The notes under the pieces: generated by a model
The model's database searches: none
Told to the model about the DNA's origin: nothing
Seen by the model: only the letters and a program-made list of their open reading frames with translations
Shown here: one piece after another, positions 25,245 to 36,920 of the stretch
Position numbering within the stretch: the first letter of the stretch is position 1
Layout of the letters: each line of letters starts with the position of its first letter
Translations under genes and position numbers: made by a program
Source of the DNA: Raillietiella orientalis
Lineage: Eukaryota
NCBI GenBank assembly: GCA_036172245.1
Contig: JAYWIR010000003.1
Coordinates: 7,192,001 to 7,256,000, forward strand
Direction of reading: 5' to 3'
Length of the DNA stretch: 64,000 bases

Positions 25245-25900
25245 ATCTTTGGCCACGTTAACGGCCGCGGGCTCCGCCGCGTGGCACCGCCAAGCGTTGC
25301 GGGTTCGAATCCTGCCCGGGAAGAGAAGGACCGACGCCAGAGAAACAGAGGGTGCGTCGTGAGTTTCGAGTCTGCTCGCGAGATGACACTGGTCGGCTTG
25401 TGTTCGGGTGGGGAGGCACTGACGGAAGAGCCAGAAACCTCCAGATGCTCCAGTTGGCTGCCCGGGATGGGAAGTTCGCACTACGGGGTCCCTCCAGGAA
25501 TCAAAGAGGTCCTTCGGTGTTGCGAAAAGGGGAGCTGGTTGGTGCCCCCCTGGGGGGTCGCCTCTCCAGAGTGACAAGAAGCGCGCCGCTCCTTGCGGGG
25601 TTCTCAGAGGAGGAGAAAAGAAGGGAAGGATCCTTTTGGGGGGTCCCTCCATAGAGAATAGGGAAGAGGATCCCTCTGGAGACAACCAGGGCGAGGATTC
25701 CGTTCGAGATCCTCCTACTAGGCGTAGGAGGAACGCACTCCTTCCTCCGGGGCGCTCCTTGGATTCATAGGTTGGTCCCTACGGGGTTACCCCTATGAAT
25801 TGAAGAGTGGACACTCACCCTCGGCTGGCGTAGAGCTTTAAGAAGCTTCGTGGCCTCCGTAGGCAACGAACGGACGGTTCTTCAACACTTGACGAACTCC
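25245..25900 (+). mobile_element. tRNA-derived SINE-like family, copy A
   Basis: B-box GGTTCGAATCC at 25302-25312; second GTTTCGAGTC ~50 nt downstream; hairpin module array; shared tail GAGCTTCGTG...GACGGTTCTTCA. Confidence 0.85.
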
Positions 25901-27304
25901 CCCCTCCCTCTCCCCTTCCCCCTAGAAAAAATAAAAATTCCGAAAAAACGGGAAAAGCTGTCAGGGAAGCAGACATCTTTGTAGGGCAGCACGAAGCCCT
26001 GCTCCTTGCGATGCGCACCGCTCGTCCGCACGTAAACGTGCGCGCATGGACGCCTTCCGGAGCACTCGGGTCACCTGCTCGCCACCGCGTGATGGGAGCC
26101 CCGCGTGGCCTGCGCACGCGGAACGAGCACCCTCGCGTGCATGCGCCTATCCTGCGTGTCGCGTGCTTCCGCCCGCGGGCGCCGGCGCTCACACGCCGTC
26201 CGCACGCGCGCGCGAGCATGGGTTCCCGCCCTACCGCGCTAAATCCGAAGAGGTGACCTCCCTATGCGCGCGCCCTTCCCCCTGCTAGTGAGGAGGGAGG
26301 GAGATCCTGCCGGGAAGGGTGCGCGGGCTACGAGAAGGGAGCGTCGAGGACAGGCGTGCTCCTCGCGCGCGCTGACCCCCTGGCAGGAGGTGGACAGCGT
26401 TCCGGGCTACCGGAACGTTATCCCGAGTCCCCGGGGACGATGCCGGCACGTCGTCCGCGCTAGATTTTTCGATCCGGACGTGCCTTCTTCTTGGCTGCTT
26501 CCCGTTCCCTAGGCTGAGGGAACACAGGAGGACTCCCCTCGCCATTCCTCGTCGGGAGAGAGAGAAAGGAGGAGGAGGGGAGACTCGTGCCTCCATTTCA
26601 CTTCTTCTCCTGGCGCTCCGGGAGGAGTCCAGAGGAGCAGCGGAAGGGGAAAAGAAAATCCCAGGCGGCTCCTGCAGAGAAGAAAATCCGACGACGCTCT
26701 GGAAGCAGCCGCGGAGGCCGCCAGGCAGCTCTCCCGAAGAAAGGCGTGGCCACGTGGACCCGGGTCGGGACCCTTACGCGGGCCGAATCCCTTGTGGGCG
26801 GCGCTTTCTCGGCGACGCAAGGTGCGGAGCGCTCCCCGGGTTCCGGAAAAGAGGGGCTGGGATGGGAGCTGCTCCTGCCTGAGAGCAGGTCGCCGCTTGG
26901 GGACCGCCGCCGGCATGTTGGTTAGCGTCAGGTACCAGCAGGCCGAGGAGCGTTGGGGGACCTCCGGCGTGGGTGGGAGGGGAAGGAGAACCATCCTCCC
27001 GGCGACTGGACTGCGGTGAGGCTGGTCGAGCGGGGAGCAGAGTTTCTGGAATGTTCCCCCGTACAAATCGGGACGCTTGTCACGGAAACCTGCTCCGGGG
27101 CAGGTCCACGGGGGGGCGGGGAAGGAAGGGATGCCACTAACGTGAGGGGGAAGTCGACCACTGATCCGTGCCCCACGGCGGTGTTCCCTGTCCCTCCTCG
27201 AAAAATCTCCCTGGTCCACTGCGGCGCGCCGAAAGGTCCCGTGGCCCAACGTCGCTCAGGGCTCTGTTCCCAAGCGGAGAGATGCTGGATTCCTCCGCGG
27301 TCCT

Positions 27305-28060
27305 CGTTGGTGGCCGTGCGGTTGCTGCGACCTCTGCCGTGTGGCACCACCAAGCGTTACGGGTTTGAATCCCTCCCGGGGGAAGGACCGACGCCGAGAA
27401 ACCGGGAGCGCGCCTTGGATTTCGAGTTCTCCGCGCAAGACGACTCTGGTCAGTCTGTGTTCGAACGGGTTGGCACGGGTAGAAGAGCTGGAGACCCCCC
27501 CAGATGCCCCCCCGTTGACTGGTCGGAATGGGAAGTTCGCCCTAAAGGGGGTCTCTCCAGGAATCGAAGAGCCCTTTGAGGTTCCCCTCCGGTTGTGCAG
27601 ATGGAACTTCCCTGCCCTCCCCCTCAGGGGGAACCCTCCATCGCGTACCAGGCGGCGTCTCCAGAGCGTAAGAAGCGCGCTGCTCCCTTCGGGGAAATTT
27701 GGGAGCGCCCCTCCCGGGTTCTCTTCAGAGGAGGAGAAAAGAAGGGGCGGATCCTTTTAAGGGTCCCTCCGAAGAAGAAACAAAGAGTGTTTCCCTCTCT
27801 GGGGGATCCCTCCGGAGAAAATAGGGAAGAGGATTCGAACCAGTGCGCGGATTTTGTTCGGGGTCCCCCTACCAGGCGTAGGAGGAACACACTCCTTCTT
27901 CCGGAGCCCTTCCTGGATCCGTAGGGTGGTCCCTACGATGCCATCCCCTGTAACTTGGCACGCACTCTCGAGTGGGTGGACAGCACCAGAGAGCTTCGTG
28001 AGCCTCCAGGCGAACGACGCCCTTGAGTGCGTGACGAACCAGAGAGAAAAAAAAAAAAAC
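27305..28060 (+). mobile_element. tRNA-derived SINE-like family, copy B (near full length, A-rich end)
   Basis: A-box-like TGGCCGTGCGG 27311-27321; B-box GGTTTGAATCC 27362-27372; collinear with copy A; ends in an A run at ~28046-28059. Confidence 0.85.
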
Positions 28061-29173
28061 ATCCGGAAGGAGAACAGCGGTAGCAGAAAAGAACCCAAAA
28101 GGATGTTCGTCATCCTAGAGGTCGATAGATGGTGCCACCAAATGGCATCATTCGTTCTTTTTTTTCCTTTTTTTGAAAAAAAAAGTAACAGAGGAAGAAA
28201 AGGGGAGAGGGATTTTCATTCCAAAATAGAAGAGCCTTCTAATTGGAAGTGCGTGCGTTGCGCAGGAAGATCGGTCCCCCCACGGAGGAGGAGGCGGACC
28301 ATCGGAACTGGAGAGGCATGCCAAGTAGGAGACGCTGCCTTGGGCTGGGGCCGGCCATCGGGCCCGATAGTCACCAATCAGAACGGGGAACCGAATTGAA
28401 AGTGGCATCTGACGAAGCGATGACGCGAAGTCCATAAAAGCGTCGTGGAGACCTGGATTTTCACGGGATCTTCAAAATTGGCAGGGAACGGGCTGGAAAT
28501 CGGAAAAGCCGGAATATTCCCCCTCCCCTCTCCCCTCAGCCTTTTTTTTTTTTTTTTATGCTTTGCTTCTGGAGACCGAACAAATCGTGAAGCAAGCAAA
28601 CACGCAATGGAGAACATGCGGGGGAACCTGGTATGCCTGACTCGCAGCAGCATTTATAAATCTGCAGGCTTTTTCTTTCGTTTTCGCTTTCTATTTTTTT
28701 CCTTTTTATGGATACTAATCTACTTTTCTAAAAATTCGTTTTGAGTGCGCCTGACCATGAACTGACCTGTATTACAACACAGCGGAAAATCTCTGTGCAT
28801 CGTCCCATATTTGAATGAGTTACGCTAGGATGCCTTGAAGGAAATGCGAACGTGCAGTTTCGTCCTGAAACAGATGAGGGATTTTTCCCTGTACAGATGG
28901 GAAAAATGGATGAAGGAAAACAGGCATTTCATCTAAAGAAAACGTCGGGAAAAAAAAGAAAAAAAGAAAAAACAGTCTTTGCAAAGTACCAGGAACCACT
29001 GATTCATCGAAAGCGTACATGGATACTTAGGAATCTCAGCTCGGATTTTTCAATTTGAGTTCGCTGCTGCTACCCCAAAGTTCGATATGCGAAGCAGACA
29101 GAAGGAATGCCTTCTTTTTTTTTTTTCCATCCTCCCCCCATCTCTCTCCCTTAAAATCCACTGCCTGCGTGTT

Positions 29174-29215
29174 TCCTATAGTACCAAGAGCGCATCCTAT
29201 AGTACCAAGGGCGCT
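29174..29215. repeat. 21-bp tandem duplication
   Basis: TCCTATAGTACCAAGAGCGCA followed by TCCTATAGTACCAAGGGCGCT. Confidence 0.85.
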
Positions 29216-29299
29216 GTCAGATTGCGGGTCGTTCGCAGCTCAGGTGCGCAACAATAACTGGGGCCTTGGCGTAGTCTCTTTTTAACAATGGTTTCCCGA

Positions 29300-30360
29300 A
29301 GCACTGTTTCACCTATCCATTTTATGCTTTTTGGGGGGAGGGGGATCCTGGGTATTTTCCGCCACAGGTGGTGTCTGGCAATGCGCGAACTAACAGAGTG
29401 ACACGAAAACGCCGACGCGCTATTGATCAAAGGTCACACCGTCACCAAGGGAAACGAGAGGGGGACACTGCTGAAATGGCGGAGTAAGGAGGAGGAAGCG
29501 CTGCGACGGGTATCTTGCCCAAAGAACGCCTTGCCTACGTGCGGCGGCAACGTTCCGCGTCTCGAGAACAGTGGGCGCGTGGTAAGGCGAATGAAAGTCC
29601 TCGTTTCTTGAGGAATCTGAGCATCCTTTCTTGGCGGGAGCCCTGGACGAGGGTGACCGTGGGGTGCAGCCAACAAGACGCTGAACAGGCAAAGCCTCGG
29701 GGAGGGAAGAAGCACAGGCATGGCTGTCTGCTGCCATCGACCGAAGAGCACGCCATCACGGGCGCTGCTGCTCGCTGTGCCCGCAAACGCGAACGTCGTG
29801 CTGTGAGCTGAAAAGGCGGAGAAAAGTGTGGCTCTTCGAGAAGGCAAGGAGGCGTGCGGATGGTAGGAACGTGGGAAGTGCCGAACGCGAGAGGGAGGGT
29901 GCTCACCCAACCGCTAGTGACACATCCGATGTCCTCTACCTCCTTGCATCCGGTTGTCGGATTTGTTCTTCCTGGTCCCCTTTTCGGCATCCCAGCGCGA
30001 GATGCAGCTTCACAGTGGCTTCTGGACGAAAAGCTTTCTTTGAAAAGATACGGCATGGCGGGACGCACGACGACGATGACGAACCCCAAACCGGAGATTC
30101 GTAGGAAAGGCTTCGATGGGAGAGTACCGACGTCTGAATAAGTCTGGTCTCTGAACAGGCCAGTATCGCACAAAGAATCCCAGGAAGCGGCGGAGAACGT
30201 GGAGCCTGCGGACGAAGAGCTAGTCTGTCTTCCTGAGGCACCCACGAAGCAGTGGGCTCTCCCTGGCGCAGGAGGGCGAGTGAATTCGGTCAAGACGAGG
30301 TCTCGCAGGCTACAGAGGAGGTAACGACTGTGCATCCTGTATCGCGAGAATCAGGTCGTG
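29300..30360 (+). mobile_element. Ty3/Gypsy pol remnant (RNase H end plus integrase)
   Basis: RWCLAMRE..HENADAL (RW-L...NADALSR), AYVR, EPWTRVTV, WLSAAIDRRAR, STSLHPVVGFVLPGPLFGIPAR (NTS-H--TG-SP--LFG). Frameshifted and internally deleted. Confidence 0.6.
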
Positions 30361-32420
30361 CCCGTTCCTTGGGGCTCCTAGGAGGAAAGGAAGTCTCTTC
30401 GCCACATCAGCCTCCAGGAAGAGAGACATGTTTTTTCCTGTGCCAGAACGCCTTCCCCCGCTGCCGGAAAGGCAGCGGGAAGACTGCTGCGCGCGTGGAT
30501 TCTCTGTAACAAGCATGGTTCGTAGGAGAAGGTGCAAAAGCGCACCCCCCTACGGAGTTGGTTCGGCGTTTTTCCGCTAGGAGCCGTTCTGCACGATCCT
30601 CCCGCTGAACGCAGTCTTAAGGCTGATGATCAGAGGCGGCGAGTGGACCGCTCCTTCGCTTGATTAGGTGTGCTGCGTCCACTCCACGGAAGGATGAGGC
30701 TCTCTGCTCTGTCCGTGTCAGGCCGAGAGCTCTCTGTGCTCCATTCACGGAAGCAGCACGACTTCCAAGTTATCCGCTGACTGTCCTCTCCAAGAAAACC
30801 GAAGGCCCCTCCTCCCTCGTTCTTCGTTCTTCGATGCTGGACGGCTACCATCCACCGGCCACTCTTTGTAACGTGCCTCCCTTTCCTCCGGCGCAGCGTC
30901 AGCAGCACGTGCAAGGGAGGCGAGGCGATCCCCTCTTCCTTTGTGCGGACGAAGCGCACGGGCTGCGTGGCTGCAACGTGACGCTGGGAACTGCCGCGGG
31001 TTCTCGCGACCGCTGCTGCTCCCCGCCGACACCGCAGCGGCTACCGACGAGGCGGGTTCGCAGCAAGGATGCACCCGCACCAGAGTCACGTTACCGGGAT
31101 TGGCCGGCGCCGCTTAGGCGCCGAGCGTGGTCACAAGAAACGGCCGAGCAGCAGCAGCAACTGACGACGGCGCCTTCCTCCTCCCCCCTCCCCAATCCTC
31201 CAAACTGGAAGTTCCTCTCTTCTGTTTCGGACTGTCCAATCAGAGGCGTCGTGGTACCGATCCGGTGCGCAACTCGGCGTTGCTTGGAATCCATTCGGAA
31301 ACTGCGAACGATACATGGACGGTGACCTCTCACGACTCTTGTTTTCTTCTGTTCATTTCAGAGACCTTCATTAGGAACACTCGGTTCCCCTCCCGATGGA
31401 TGCGATCGTCTTCCACGTGCAGAGCGGATGCGGCGAACCGCCTGCAGGAAGGACTTCCTCAGGGAGCATCCAACACGGGAGTACGGCGGAAAAGATGGCG
31501 AACCCTTCCTGGTTCGCCATCTTTTCTGCCGTACTCTCGAACCAGGGGAAAAAAAAAAAAAAAAAAGCTGGAGGGAGGAGGGGGGGGGGGTCTGGTGCGG
31601 CGCGAACAGGAACTTCCTTCTACCGGGTGCGTCGAAGTAGGAGTAGCCGTGCCGCGCATGGCGGAGGCACTCCATCGGCCGCTGCAGACGAGGAACCTCC
31701 GCCCATCGGAGGGGGCTGCTGCGGTGAGGATAGACGGCTTAGGAGAGGCCGCACGTTCCCAAGGATCGCCCATATCCCCGTTTTCCTGCATCCACGGCAA
31801 CATCGGGGTGTGAAACCTCGCTTCCCCCCCCCTTCTTCCTTCCTTCCCCTCTTTCTCCCCCCGTTGTGGAACGCGCGTTTGCTTCCCCGAAGAAGGAACC
31901 GGTCTCTAGTCCAAGTTGCAACTGGATTGGCCCCGGTCTCATGAGTAGCCAAGATGGCGGGCGCGGCACGTGACCCCGTGGATCGCCACGTCGCTCCTAC
32001 GATTCTGAGCACAAGCACCCGGGTGGGGGTGGTCCCGTCATCTTCCTGCTTAGTTCTAAAGAGCAGCGCTGCACGCTGGACCCCATCCTGCTCTTTTCTC
32101 GCCATCCGTCTTGTTCTGGTCACGTTGGCAGGCGGTCCAGTGAGATCAACGAACCGGGGAACAGGAGGCCCTCCCCCTCCCCCCTTCCGTTCTTCCGTCC
32201 CCTGCAACGCGAATTCGGGCGCTTCTTTTTTTTTGGTCTGCCCCCAGGAGAATTCGCGCGAAAGGCCTCCAGCGCCGCACTCGCTCCCGGAATCGTCACC
32301 GCGACCCCAAGCGGTATCCCGACGCAGTTCCCTTTGCTAGCGGGGGGGGGGGAAGAAAAACCTGCCGCTGGAAGCGAGCGACCACGAAGACCCGGCCGAC
32401 CACGACCGATGTTCAATTTT

Positions 32421-35400
32421 CACCCGGGTGCACCGGGCCGTTTATTTTGCAACAAAATTATTACAAAAAAAAATTGTGGTTGGACAGGTGGTCCAACCAC
32501 GCCCAATTTAAAGGAGACCTGCCGGGTCGCCGGCACGCAGAGCAGCGCGGTCCACCACGGCAGTAGAGGGGAAAGGGCAAACAAAAATAAAAAATAAATA
32601 CACTATGGGAGGGGGGGGCTTCGGGAAGGGATCACTGTCCTCTGGCGGCAGTCCGGTCTATCCTCTCTAGGATGTCGGTAAGATCTTGCTGGGTATTCCT
32701 GTCCAAGTGGGACCATCGCGTTGCCATCCTGATGAAATGGATGGCGGAATGGATCGCATCCCTGTTGCTGGGTCCTCCCGTTGCTTTACTCCAGGCTGTG
32801 ACGATCCCGCGTAGGCAGCACAAGGCTGCAAGGGAGGCCGCTGGCCGAAGGGCGTTGCGAACGAAGAGGGGTTTAAGAGCGTCCCTGGAGTTGCCACCGG
32901 GGGTTCAGGGCCGCGACAGAGGTTTCCAGAGGGATTCGAGGGCAACACAATTAGTGTTGCCCTCGAATCCCTCTGGAAATCCTTCACTAACAAAAATCCA
33001 ACAAAAATCCTTCACCAACAGGGGAGGATTAACGGTCCCCGCACCTGACACAGTTCGGGTCCATACATCCCCGCGTCCAGTAGTGATAAATTATCCAGGA
33101 AGGGCTCGGAGTCCGTTCCTCTCACGCTTGGGGAGGGATCCCACCCGGACGGGGGGATCGCACCTCCCACCCTGGTTGTCTCCGAAGGGGAACCCCGAAG
33201 GGAATCTCCCCTTCCTCATTCTCTCCGGAGGGAAACCCCCCTAACGGGGGGTGGTCCTCTCCATTTTTTCTTCTCCGAAGGGAACCCGGAAAGGATCCGC
33301 TTGTAGGAATTTCTTCTCCGGAGGGAACCCGCAAGGGAACCGCTCCTTTTCACTACTCTGAAGAGAACCCCGAAGGGACGCTTCCGAAACTCAGAAGGGG
33401 TGCTGCAGCTTCCCGCAGGGGGATCGCTCCCGCTTGCTTCCTTGTGCACACTCTGTGAAGAGGCGACGACTCGGAGGGTCCCCCCGCAACAGGAGGGTCC
33501 ACTCCTTTGAACAACTGGAGAGGTGCCCGTGAGGGCTCCTGCTCCATCTTGAAACCGGAGGTGGTCCCCCGGTGACGGAGGTCCGCTCTCCGTTGCACGA
33601 CCGGAGGGGGAACGGAGAGCTCCTTGGATTCCTAAGAGGACCCGAAGGTCGACCCCCATTGTTCCGGCCTTCATCGGGGGGCCTCCGGCTTTATCCACCG
33701 CCGGTGCCACGCCCGAATGTCTCGGCCATCCAGCGCCATCTTGCAGGAGAAACTCGGAACCCAAACGAAGCAGTGGCGTCAGTTATCTGCCGAAGTATTC
33801 GAACCCGCGACGCACGGTGCCACGCGCGGAAGCCTCAACCACAAAGCCTCCGACGCGTCCAATGGTGACGATGGGCGTTGCATAGGAGACCCCAATGCAA
33901 AATCAACAGCACCGGACTGCTGCCACTTCAAGGGGAGGGTGCGGTTGTCCATGAGCAACGGGGACCACTTCAGGTGTTCCACCGGAACATCCAGCAGCTC
34001 GACCCAGCGCAAGAGTCCGTGGGGAGGTGTACTTGGGGTCGCAGCGTTGATGAGCTGTCCCGTCTTCCACTGGCCCAGTCTTTTTTCTCTTCCTGAGTTG
34101 TTCACCTTAACTTCCCATTTTGCCGTGATGCTGCTGCTCAGGTGTCCCCTGAGGGAGGGCAGCACTAGGGTGAGGGAGGTTCTTCCTGTCGACGCGCTTT
34201 TTCGGGGATTCTCCAGGATCTCTCAAAGGGAGAAGCGGTTGTTGCGCACTTACAGGAAGCGGTGCACCTGTTCCGTGCTTTGCTCCTGGCTTCTCGCCCA
34301 CGTGCAAACGGTTTCCTGTAGCCAGGTGCTACCGTTCGCGGGGAGGCAGGAGATCCATCCCGAGTTCTTCCTCGTCATATTGGCCACCCTCTGAAGCTGC
34401 AATCCGCAGTGGGCGATAAGGTGGCGACGGAGTGCACCGAAGGACGCGAATCCCTCGTTGCCGGTGACTTTCTGGATGAGGAGGCGTGCATATACGCATT
34501 AGGTAGTGCTCCATAACTTCGCCGCAAGGGCAAGAATCCTGAACTGGAGCTGAAGCTCCAGATGCTCCAGCGTCAAGAGGCCGAGAATGCAGTCTCGATG
34601 TGGAGCGCACAAGCGGACTCGGGACCTCCCTTTGACCCAAAGGGCGATCCTGAGGAGGTTCTTCGTCCTCTTCTTACCCCCCTCGTTTGGGGAGCATACA
34701 AAAAGCAGGGTCGGAGGAACGGGCCGATCTCCGTCTCTGCTTTCTGGAGGCAGCTGGACCACGCCTCCGCAGGGAGATAGTCCCCCAACGGCACACAGAG
34801 GTACTTACAGTACCATACCGTGGGTGTGCCCAAGCGGATCCAGTCCCACTGCTCTGTCCACGCCGCACCGACTGGCATCACCTCTTTCCTCGCCTGTTTT
34901 TTGTTTCGCCTTCGTCCTGTTCACCCTGAGTTCTGTCCCGCGGCCGAGCAGATCGAAGGAATTCTCGGCTGTGGAAGCTGGGGTGGACATGGGGAGCAGC
35001 AGCAGAAGATCGTCAATCGGCGTACGCTGACACCGCAGGCGTACACAGGCAATCGCGCGGCAGGTGTGCCAGAGTCTTCCTGTACTCTCTCAGCACCAAT
35101 TCAAAATGGACGCTGAAGGCTGTCGCCCTGCCGTATGCCGCGTCTCACCGGCACGCCGTGCACGGTGTGAGCGCATCGCGCCAGCTGGAACGCGGGTCGT
35201 CCAGCCATGCGGCCGGGAAACCCAAGAGTTCCAGCAGCTTCAGAAGCTGCTGCTGGTCGACCTAGCCGGATGCCTTGTGCAAATCGACTGCGGCCACAAG
35301 CGCTCCTTCCCCCGACGGACGCTTCGGAATTCCGACTGCCCATCTTGTTCCTTTCCTGTAGGAGCGCGAACCATGTGCTTGCGTAAAACAGGTTGGCATC

Positions 35401-35540
35401 CCTACTTCGCCCGGGAACAGCGTAGGACTGCCCCGGGCTGATTTAGCTTTCCGCCGCCCGTCCGAGACGCTCGGCCCATAATTTCTCTAGCAACTTGGCG
35501 TCCGCTTTTAACACGGTAGCGACCGATGGTCGAAGGGACC
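32421..35540 (-). mobile_element. Tx1/L1-like LINE copy 3: best-preserved RT through zf-RVT and 3' UTR; interrupted by a SINE
   Basis: LKADAKLLEKLWAERL; SPGQSYAVPGR; AVDLHKASG*VDQQQLLKLLELLGFP; VRRGIRQGDSL; SAYA[4-bp insertion]DDLLLL (~35005-35025); GTELRVNRTK; KYLCVPLG; HYWTRGCMDPNCVRCG; stop at 32632-32634. Confidence 0.92.
33087..33853 (-). mobile_element. tRNA-derived SINE-like family, copy F, with 15-bp target-site duplication
   Basis: Flanked by CGCGTCCAGTAGTGA (33072-33086) and CGCGTCCAATGGTGA (33854-33868), 13/15 identical; B-box remnant at 33797-33806; five hairpin modules. Confidence 0.85.
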
Positions 35541-35797
35541 CTCGGTGTGCTCCGCGCGCGTGGAGCCACCAATGGTCACGCGCATCGCGGGCGGGCGGGA
35601 AGGGGAGCACGCACGCCTGGTTTCGTTTTCTCCTCTGGTCGGAGGCTCGCTTCCGAGGAGCAGGGGTGCCGCCTTCAGCTTTCCCTCTGGTCCACTCTCC
35701 CCTCCTTCCCCCTTCCTTTCCCGATCCTCCCTGTTCGTCTACTTGCGCGTTCCGTCCCCGAGGGCCCCGTTCTAATTGCGCTTTGCATTCTTTCCAG

Positions 35798-36008
35798 GTC
35801 TCCTGGATAAGAGAGAAAGACTTCCAGGTGCTCACTTCCGGGATGCTGACGTACACTAGTGACCGTAGATTTCATTTGCAGCATTTTCAGAATTCCGATG
35901 AGTGGGTTTTGACAATCGACAGCGTCAAGCTTGAAGATGCAGGAGATTATCAGTGTCAAGTGGGAACGCAGCCCAAGCTATCAGTCACGTTCTACCTCGA
36001 GGTGCTCG
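35798..36008 (+). CDS. Dpr/ZIG-8-family Ig protein, exon encoding the C-terminal half of Ig1
   Basis: CTAAT branch point and TTTCCAG| acceptor (phase 0); VSWIREKDFQVLTSGMLTYTSDRRF...DEWVLTIDSVKLEDAGDYQCQVGTQPK is the Dpr Ig1 signature (VSW-R--D--LT-G--TYTSD-RF, D-G-Y-CQV-T-PK); donor G|GTACGG (phase 1). Confidence 0.95.
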
Positions 36009-36349
36009 GTACGGTAAATGGTTCCTGTCACGATCCACATCCATCATTGTGTGATTTTTCTTTTTTTTCCTCTTTCTCTTACTTAACCCCGTTCTCCTCA
36101 GACTGAAGGAATCAGCATAATTAACGGCAAAGTCAGTCGTTTCCCCTTTGTTTCCCAGGTAGCGCGCTTATTTGTTTCTCTCCTCTCAGGATTGGGAGCA
36201 GCGGTGTCTACGTGAACGCGTCGGGGGTGTCGGCTCATTAAAATTAGTTAATTAAGGCCGCTCGCTCGTTGTTTTTTTTTTTTTTGAGCCCAACGCAAAC
36301 GCTTCTACCCTGCACCGGATTTCGGGGGGAGGGGCGGGGGCTCAGTCTT

Positions 36350-36920
36350 CCTCGGTCTCGTTGCCATGTGAACGCTCTCGGAAGGCAGCATCCGGTCTAT
36401 CAACAATCTGTGGATTAATTCAAACGAACCGAGAAATTCGGGATGGTTGCCGCGCATCCGCCAGGAGTCCGTCGGCGCGGAGCCGCTTCCTAATCCTTCC
36501 CCGCGTCGGAGCCGGAGGCTGCGTCTCCTCGGCACTCCGCTTCCTGAGCGAGAAGCCTCTCGCGCCCAAGGAGACTACTGGGATCCATCCCGCGCCGCAT
36601 CCGTGACGGTGACTCCCGTCCCATCCGTGAAATTCGTCATCACGGGAGGAGTGTTTCGAATCGATGAATGTGCTTTCAAATGTGGTCGCAGCCACGGTTC
36701 CGCGAAGCCACGGGAGGGAACTCTGCCAAGGTCCGAGGTCGCTGCTCGGCGAGGACGGGCAAGTCGGTCCCTCCCGTCTCTTCGTCCACTTGAAGTGGCT
36801 CGGCAATCGGGGAAAGTCACGACACCAGGCAGGGCTGGCGTGCTTGTCTGCCTCGAGTGTCAGCAGCAGCAGCGTGTGCTTCCTCTTTGGTAACCATGGC
36901 CACTTGAAGAGCCAGACGTA
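36350..36920 (-). mobile_element. Ty3/Gypsy RT-connection / RNase H N-terminal remnant
   Basis: VTKEEAH..., SPIAEPL, SLPW...TTFE and PPVMTNFTDGTGVTVTDAARDG (PVL...TDAS..G-like), in order. Confidence 0.5.

Noticed and set aside
25250..25320. Genuine tRNA genes at the GGTTCGAATCC motifs
   Set aside because: No acceptor or anticodon stems could be formed, and each motif is attached to the same long repeat body, so these are SINE heads.
25415..25445. Hammerhead core (retrozyme) in the SINE body (CTGACGG...GAAAC)
   Set aside because: CTGANGA is not conserved in other copies (CCGACGG, CTGGTGG); the site behaves as a simple hairpin.
25800..25900. Shared 3' tail between the SINE and the Tx1-like LINE
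   Set aside because: Only a weak GCACCC...GG.TG resemblance; the hairpins and AATAAA stem are not shared.
28409..28460. Hammerhead-like CTGACGA-A-GCG-ATGA-CGC-GAAG
   Set aside because: GAAG replaces GAAA, there is no convincing stem I/III with an NUH site, and it is single copy.
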